The position numbers and the translations under genes were made by a program. A DNA stretch of 21,383 nucleotides, taken from the NCBI GenBank assembly GCA_963713825.1, contig CAVQNG010000008.1:1-21383 (forward strand), written 5' to 3'. This DNA comes from an uncultured Acidobacteriota bacterium. Its GTDB lineage: Bacteria > Acidobacteriota > Thermoanaerobaculia > Multivoradales > JAHEKO01. The notes under the pieces are model-generated. The model saw only the letters and a program-made list of their open reading frames with translations, searched no databases and was not told the DNA's origin. Position 1 is the first letter of the stretch, and each line of letters starts with the position of its first letter. Of the stretch, positions 14,544 through 21,383 are shown in pieces.

Positions 14544-17024
14544 CTACTCAGTGCGCAGGGCGGCGACAGGGTCGACCCTGGCGGCTCGGCGGGCCGGAAG
14601 ATAGGCGGCCAGAGTCGCTGCGGCCACCAGGACTACGGCACCGGCAGCGAGGCTCAGCGGGTCCGTGGGCTCGACGCCGAAGAGAAGGCCCTGGACCAGG
14701 CGCGTGACCCCGAGCGACACGACTAGCCCGACAACCAGTCCGATGATTACCGGTGTGAGGGCACGGCGCAGGATCAGCTGGCCGACTTCGGATCGCTTGG
14801 CGCCGAGGGCCATGCGGACGCCGATCTCGCGGGTTCGGCGGCTGACGGCCAGGCTGACAACACTGAAGATCCCGATGGTCGCCAGGGCCAGACCGAGAAA
14901 CGCGAGGAGCGAGAACATCTCCGCGTTCATCCTCTGGGTGTAGAGAAATCCCCGCACGACCTCGGTGTAGGGAAGCACATTGACGATGGCGAGGTAGGGC
15001 TCGAAATCACGCAGCCAACGGTGGAGGAGGGGTACGGTCGCGGCGGGGTCGAGCTTCGTGGAGACGAGGAGTGCGCTCCCGGTTGGGTAGCGATGCTGGG
15101 CGTAGGGGAAGTAGACCACCGCCGGGGCCTCTGCGAGGAAGTCCTGGGGCTTGGCGTTTCGCACCACGCCGACAATCTCGAACTCCCGCTCGGTGCCTTT
15201 CTCGAGGTCGGGCTCCCACAGCCGGCCACCGACGGATTCTCTGTCAGCGAAGAATCGCTCAGCCAGCTCCTCGTTGACGATGGCCACGTCCGGAGAGTCG
15301 GCATCGTCGGTGTCGAGGAATCTCCGGCCGTCGAGCAGGTCGATCTCGAGGGTCTCGAAGAATCCGGGCACGACTCTCGCCTGGACGAGGGAGACGAGCT
15401 CCTCCTGACCCTCGACGCGCATCTCGGCCGAGCGCTGGCCGGAAAGGGGTGCGTTCTGCGCGATGGTGACGGCGTTCACCCAGGGCTCCTCGGCGAGGCG
15501 CTCCCTCAGTTCGTCGAAGAACTGCTCCCGCTGCTCGGGCTCGAGCTGAGTGCTACTCGTGGAGATGTGCGTGCCCACGAGGGTCTCGTAGGCGAACCCC
15601 GGATCGAGACCGCTGACATTGGAGAGAGTGCGCACCACCAGGCCCGCCACCACAAGAAGCACGACGGAGAGGGCCACCTGGGATGCGACCAGCAGATCGT
15701 GCAGGCCGGGGAGCCGCAGGCCCCAGAGGCGATGATGGCCGCCGCCAGACATGACCGAGTCGGTCTGCAGCGTAGGCATCAGGTTCCGCCCGGAGGCGCG
15801 AAGTGCCGGCAACAGTCCCGCGACGATCCCGGTAACAACAGAGATGATGAGCGCGAAGAGGACAACTCTCCAATCGACAGAGACTTCCCGGGAGACATTG
15901 GCCCCCCAGACACTGGGCCGCGCGAAATAGGACCCGAGTCGCGTGGTGAGTGGGCCGGCGAGAAGGAGAGCGATGACCCCGGCGACGGTCGACAAGAGAA
16001 CACTCTCGGTGAGGACCTGCCTCAAGAGGCGGCCCCGGGAGGCTCCGAGCGCGGCCCGCATCGCCAACTCCTGTTGCTTCCGCAAGGCCACCGAGAGGAG
16101 CAGGTTCGCCACGTTGGCGTAGGTCAGGAGCAGCAGGACTGCCGCTGCCACCGTCATGAGCCGGAGCGTCGGCTGCTCGGCCACCCGGTCGCGCGGGTCG
16201 ATCCAGGTGGCCTGTCCCAGGCTCAGACGTCGGAGCTCGGTCCGTCCGGGGTAGGTCTCATCGAGTCCCCTGGCGGTGAGGGTCAGCTGCTCGAGAGCTT
16301 GATCTCTGCCGACACCAATCTTGAGGCGACCGAAGACCCGGATGAGGGGTACGCTGCGGTCCTCGGAGAGAGCAGCCCAGCTGGTGTAGCGATCCTTGAA
16401 GGGTGCGATGGGAATCCACACGTCGGGCCGGGTGCCGGAAGTCGAGCCCAGGAACTTCGGCGAGGCGACACCGACGACCGTGAAGGGCCGGTTGTTGAGG
16501 TAGAGGGTCCTGCCGAGCACCGACTCTTCGCCAGCGAAGCTGCGTTGCCACCAGCTGTGAGACAGAACGGCCACCGGATCAGCTCCGGGACGATCGTCAC
16601 CGGCCATTAAACCCCGACCGACTTCCATCTCGACCTCCAGCACCCGGAAGTAGTCGCCCGAGACCGCTTCGAGGAATGCCACCCCGGTTTCGGTGGCGTG
16701 TCGCACGCTGGCGGCATAGTAGGCCTGGGCGGCAGCTAGACCTTCGAAGGCACCGTCCGCAGACGCCGCGTTGGCGGTCTCATAGTCCAGAAAGTCGAGA
16801 TACGGAAGGTCCTGGTAGGGCTCTTCGGTCTCCACTCCGAAAACCCGAACCAGACCCCGAGCGTCAACGCCCGGGAAGGTCTGGTGAAAACCGTTGATGT
16901 AGGTGAACACCGCGACGCAGGCGGCCAGACCGAGCGCCAGAATGGTGACCACCACGATCGGGATGAGTGGCCGACGGCGAACGCTGCGAATGGATGCACG
17001 CAGGTCGTGCCAAAGCTGAGACAT
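14544..17024 (-). CDS. ADOP-family duplicated MacB/FtsX-type ABC transporter permease
   Basis: 826 aa with two MacB periplasmic + FtsX halves. VSGDYF, ANVANLLL, ELAMRAALGASRGRL, LVASQVALS, RRTREIGVRMALGA, PARRAARVDPVAALR. No ATPase gene adjacent. Confidence 0.92.
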   Translation of the reverse strand: MSQLWHDLRASIRSVRRRPLIPIVVVTILALGLAACVAVFTYINGFHQTFPGVDARGLVRVFGVETEEPYQDLPYLDFLDYETANAASADGAFEGLAAAQAYYAASVRHATETGVAFLEAVSGDYFRVLEVEMEVGRGLMAGDDRPGADPVAVLSHSWWQRSFAGEESVLGRTLYLNNRPFTVVGVASPKFLGSTSGTRPDVWIPIAPFKDRYTSWAALSEDRSVPLIRVFGRLKIGVGRDQALEQLTLTARGLDETYPGRTELRRLSLGQATWIDPRDRVAEQPTLRLMTVAAAVLLLLTYANVANLLLSVALRKQQELAMRAALGASRGRLLRQVLTESVLLSTVAGVIALLLAGPLTTRLGSYFARPSVWGANVSREVSVDWRVVLFALIISVVTGIVAGLLPALRASGRNLMPTLQTDSVMSGGGHHRLWGLRLPGLHDLLVASQVALSVVLLVVAGLVVRTLSNVSGLDPGFAYETLVGTHISTSSTQLEPEQREQFFDELRERLAEEPWVNAVTIAQNAPLSGQRSAEMRVEGQEELVSLVQARVVPGFFETLEIDLLDGRRFLDTDDADSPDVAIVNEELAERFFADRESVGGRLWEPDLEKGTEREFEIVGVVRNAKPQDFLAEAPAVVYFPYAQHRYPTGSALLVSTKLDPAATVPLLHRWLRDFEPYLAIVNVLPYTEVVRGFLYTQRMNAEMFSLLAFLGLALATIGIFSVVSLAVSRRTREIGVRMALGAKRSEVGQLILRRALTPVIIGLVVGLVVSLGVTRLVQGLLFGVEPTDPLSLAAGAVVLVAAATLAAYLPARRAARVDPVAALRTE

Positions 17025-17080
17025 GTCCCCTCCAGCCCGTCAACCCGTACTACGGAGAACGCTCGTCAAGGTTCACTGAG

Positions 17081-18096
17081 TCACCTCCCAGACTGCGGCA
17101 CCCGAACGCCCAAATCCCTGCGGTCCTTTTCCGAGAGCGCCTCGAATCGACGGGCCTCGAACTCGAGGTACCGATCCTCGGCGTCGCCCTTGCCCATCAC
17201 ATACCCAGTGACTTCGCCCAGAGCATGAATCAGGAGATTGAGCACCAGCGCCGGCAGGATCTTCGGCATCAGAGAGTGCTGCTGGGTCAACGGCCGGATC
17301 TCCGGTAGCAGACGCTTGAGGCGTACTACGGGAATAAGGGGCCGCCACCGATGTAGATCAAGCGGCGCAGGAAGCCCCAGTCCTCGCCTTCGACTCGTGA
17401 GCCTCCGTAGAGCTTGCCTCCCCAGAACGCTTGCAGGATCCAGGACGAGAAGCGGGAGATATTGATGTGGTTCGTGGAGACATCGGGAAGCAGGTACGCC
17501 CGGTGTCCCTTCTCCCTCAGCTCGTCTTGCAGGATGCCCTCTACCGCGAGGAGACGCCGCAAGTTGTCCTGTCTCTCCATGAGGTCCGCTCGAAGATAGG
17601 AGGTGTTGTGCCAGGGCGTTTGTGTCACCTGGCCGGCCATTCCTGAATGGCTCCACCGACTGAAGCAGGCCAGGTAGTTCGTCCAACTGAGAATCGAGCC
17701 CGGGTTGGCGTTCTTGATGATGGGGCCAACCAGTGCATAGCCTTCGCGGTGGGCCGCGATGAGCGCCTCCGCCCATGTTGGCTCCGGCCAGGAGTGATCC
17801 TCACCGAAGACCACCCAGTCGGCCTTGGCTTGAGCGACGGCGAGGGCCTTCGCCGCGGAGAGGGACTGGATCTCTCCGACCTCGATCACTCTCGAGTCGA
17901 AGAATCCCTCGACGGCAGCCGGATCGAGCTGCAGGACCTCCTTGGAAGAAGCGACGATCAAGACCTCCAGCTCGGGGCGAGCAGTCTGCGCTCGATAGTG
18001 CTCGAGGGTCTTCTCGATTCGCTGGTAGTTGTCGATCGTGGCCAAGACGGCCGTAAGGGTGGGGCGTCCTGAAGATTCGGAGGTCGAGGCTGTCAC
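17081..18096 (-). CDS. Glycosyltransferase family 2 protein (one frameshift near 17340)
   Basis: Likely GTG start at 18096 with AGGAGA RBS (plus 18105-18110). LTAVLAT, LEVLIV, VVFGEDH (DxD-like), HNTSY. A missing base in the G run at 17338-17341 moves the C-terminus (LIPVVRLKRL...GEVTGY) into the 17081 frame. Confidence 0.75.
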
Positions 18097-19430
18097 CGAG
18101 GCTTTCTCCTGCGATCTGACCGTTCGGAAGGAGCGGGTGTATTGGTCCACGATCTCGCGCCACGGGCCCTGCGCCCTCAGCGTCGTGAGGTTGCCGAAGT
18201 GACCAGCGAAGGACCGGTCGATGAAGATGATGTCTTCGGGGAAGTGGGCATCCATCGACTGCGTCCAGTTCGCGGCGCCGAGCTCCATGATCTTCTCGTA
18301 GAATCGCTCGTCCTCGCCGAACATGTAGGGCGGGTCCTCGCGCACCATCTCCAGGAGCAGATCGAAGTAGGGGTCGATGATCTCTTGTGCGATGGCCACC
18401 GGCCCGGTGCGGAAGACACCGAGCTCCAGCAGCAGCTCGGGCACGTCTTGCCGGCGGTCTTCGAGCACGGCTCGAACCAGCATCGCGTAACCCTCGGCGA
18501 TCTTGGCGGAATCCGCTTCATACACCCGAAGTCGTAGACCACTACCCTGCCGTCGTCGAGGAAGGCGAAGTTCGCCAGATTCGGATCGGCGTGGAGGAGG
18601 CGATCATGGAACAGCCCCCGCACCTGGAACTCGAAGAGCACTCGGCCCCACTCGTTCTTGAGTTCCTGGGGATAACGGTCAGAGATCCTCGCGCGGTTTG
18701 ATGCCTCCGACGAACTCCATCGTCAGCACGTTCTTGGTGCTCAGCTCGTCGATAACCTGCGGGATCACGATCTCTGGTACGTCGGCGTAGAGAGCCGCCA
18801 TCTGCCGCATGTTCTCGGCTTCGTGCTCGTAGTCGAGCTCTTCCAGTAGCCGATCCCGGACCTCTCCCAGAGCGGCTCGAAGTCAGCCTTGAAGAACATG
18901 CTGAACAGCGATTGGAAGAGCCGTTTCAGGTTTTTCAGATCGGCGGTGACGATGTGGTCGATGGCCGGGTACTGGATCTTGACGGCCGCGGGGCGGCCAT
19001 CCTTCAACGTGGCTCTGTGGACCTGCCCGATGGATGCCGAGGCGTAGGCTTCCTCATCGAAATCGACGAACAGCTCTCCGATCGGCGCCTTGAGCGCTCC
19101 TTCCACCTCGTAGCGCATCACCTCGGTGGGCACGCTGGGAGCCTTCTGCTGCAAAAGGGACAGCACCTCCGCGACCTCCGGGGGCAGCCTCGACTCGTGC
19201 AGGCTGAGCATCTGCCCCACTTTCATCGCGGCGCCCTTCATCTCTCCGAGGGTTTCTACGATACACGCCGCGTTTTTGACCAGGTTCTCGGTGCGCCGCA
19301 GCTGCTGGTGGGCCCCGAGAATGCGAAGTCGATAACTCGCTCGGTGGCCACAGAGGTCCCGACCGCCCATCAGGCTGCCGATCTTGACGATGCGACCGAG
19401 GGACGAAGTCGTGGGTTTCTTCTCGGTCAT
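18093..19430 (-). CDS. AarF/ABC1/UbiB-family atypical kinase, broken by several frameshifts
   Basis: Motifs spread over several frames: MKGAAMKVGQ, ASASIGQVHRA, AVKIQYP, EELDYEHEA, VLTMEF, HADPNLAN, YDFG. The 3' end is uncertain because it reads in frame into GT2. Confidence 0.8.
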
Positions 19431-19551
19431 CGGGTCTTCCCGTCATCACTGGCCTTCCACCGAGTGCTGGTCGATTCTATGCGCTGGGCACTTGTAGAGG
19501 CGGTAGGTCCTCTAGAATGCTCTCGAAGCCCGACTGGAGAAAGACCGTGAG

Positions 19552-19804
19552 AATCCGAGACAGGAGCTCGCCTGAAGTTCTTATCTCTGCGACTCTGGGG
19601 TAGCGGTGGAGATTTTCCTGGCTGCAGTCCTCGAAGGCGAACCAAAGGGCAGGGGATTCAAGAAGGGCATCTTCGCGACGCTCGGGTACCTCACCTCTCA
19701 CGACAGCCACCACAGGGGGAGCATTCTGCTCATCCTGAAGACTTCCGGGCCATAAGCTCGATCAGGCCACTCAGTACGCAAGCTGGGCTTGGGATCAGAT
19801 GTAG
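19552..19804 (+). pseudogene. Truncated, frameshifted DinB-family fragment (C-terminal part)
   Basis: Manual translation: YLCDSGVAVEIFLAAVLEGEPKGRGFKKGIFATLGYLTSHDSHHRGSILLILKTSG, then a shift near 19750 to HKLDQATQYASWAWDQM-stop. HxxHHRG is the DinB signature. There is no room for the N-terminal half. Confidence 0.65.
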
Positions 19805-20150
19805 TAGCTGTCCCTGGTCCAGCCGAGCATTCGATCGGAATCTGCACCTTCGGCCTTACGTGGGCCACGGTTTGCCACTTCACGGGCCTCGCTCATGAGC
19901 ATGGTCTGGCTCTGGTGATTGCGATTGCTGTCGGGCTTGCGGTAGGCGCCGGCTACGCGATCTCCGAATCCAGGCTCTTCGATCTGTGGCTACGTCGACG
20001 GCATTGAGCGGCGGCGGACTGCAGAGCCGCACCATCCACAGGCCATTTCGCGGCAAATTTGACCTAGAATCCCCGTTGGGCACACTGCTTCCTTCCCACG
20101 GCGAGACGGTTCGCCGTGCCTCGACTCGTGCCCGGTCGGAGGTCTAGATC

Positions 20151-21383
20151 ATGAGATCCGGTAGTCGACTTGCCAGTCCAACGTTGACTCTTTTTGCCCT
20201 GCTCGCCCTGGCGTGGACGTTTCCGGTCCATGCCCAGGAAGAAGTGCCACCACCCGAGACTGTCGAAAGCGACTTCGAATCCAAGACCACTGAGGAAGAC
20301 GTGGACCTCACCTCCGATGTCGAGCGGCTCCTGAGGTACGAGAGAGTCAAGGAGGTCTATCAAGCCAAGTTGGAGACGGTCCGTAAAGAGCTCGAGGAAC
20401 AGCAGGAGTTGTTCGATGCTATTGGGAGCGCAACCTACCAGCTCTCTATCGAACTAGAGGAGAAGAAGAAGAGTCTCGATGAGCTGGGTGAAGCAGGGGA
20501 CCCCGAGGAACGATCACTCCTGGAAACTGCGATTGGCGATCTCGAGCAACCTCAAGGGTTCTACAGAACACAGTCCGATCTCGAGCTGCACGACCGAGAC
20601 CAACCTGCGTCAGCAAATCGAATCCCTGGAGAAGAAGCTCGAGCGCGAACAGCGGGCGATCGACACCTTGAGGGGCGTCGACCCCAGCGAGCCGCAGCCG
20701 GCTCCAACGCCCGAGCCCGAGGCACGTGCCGAGGCTGCAGGAGGTCCTTCCGCTTCGATTCCCGGTATGCCGATGGTGCCCGGTGCTGGAGCTGTGCCTG
20801 CGCCGGAGGCCAAGCCGAAACTCGAGACCACGGCTCAAGTCGAAGCCCAGAGGGATCTCGAAAAGAAGCAGATCGGCGTCGAGGTGGCGGAGAAGGCAGT
20901 CGTCGAGTACGTCAAACGCCGAGAGTCATTGCAGGAGCAAATCGGATTCGAGACGGTGCTCCTCGAGACTACCCAGCAAGCCGTCGAAAATCTCGAGAAG
21001 GCTCGTCAACACTGGCGGGATCAGGTAGCCCGGGGGGACCGAGGCCGGGGCGCCTCGTGCTCAGATCGACGCGCTGCAAGAGGATCTGAATACCATCGAG
21101 GCGGCGATGAGGAAGGGACTCAGCAGAATTACAGAGCGGAAGGGAGCATCTCGCCTCACTCCAGGAACGCCTGGAGGTCCAGCAGCAAGAGGAAGGTCTC
21201 GTTACGGCGCAAGTCGAGGAGCGACGCAAGGAAGTCAAGAAGGCACAGGAGAGGCTGTACTGGCTGCGGAGCCCGATCCATCCATCCAATGTCGCTCGGT
21301 GGTTCCGGGAGCGTGGTCCTCGAATTCTGTTCGTGATCGTCGTCACGGCCGTACTTCTCTTTCTGTTGAAGGTCTCGGCTCGG
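20151..21383 (+). CDS. 3'-partial, frameshifted exported coiled-coil membrane protein, probably the N-terminus of a large MscS-family mechanosensitive channel
   Basis: Signal peptide (…AWTFPVHA-QEE) and long coiled coils split over three frames. The last frame reads LYWLRSPIHPSNVARWFRERGPRILFVIVVTAVLLFLLK (start of a TM helix). The MscS core is not in the window. Confidence 0.55.

Noticed and set aside
19789-20007. 72-aa hydrophobic ORF as a small membrane protein
   Set aside because: TTG start inside the DinB remnant, no RBS, and an error-prone region. It could be a gene fragment but cannot be supported.

Overview
GC-rich bacterial window, most consistent with Acidobacteriota (ADOP-type permease, Acidobacteria-type VWA-protein C-terminus; this is an inference). 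The core (690-13062) is a divergent locus. On the minus strand lies an operon of an ECF sigma factor, a zf-HC2/TM/TPR anti-sigma factor and a signal-peptide-bearing TPR-CHAT (caspase-like) protease. Facing it on the plus strand is a tandem array of four paralogous secreted proteins (TolB-like beta-propeller, Cys-rich stalk, C-terminal knottin-like motif) and two paralogous Cys-containing lipoproteins. Each of the four paralogs has its own GGTCAC-N16-CATCTC ECF-type promoter exactly 58 nt before the ATG, and the first three are followed by the same hairpin. The paralogs are recombinational mosaics with variable loops and swapped stalks. Downstream are a PaaK/CapK-family ligase and an ADOP permease. 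The last 4 kb (GT2, ABC1 kinase, DinB fragment, MscS-like gene) is full of small indels, probably sequencing error.
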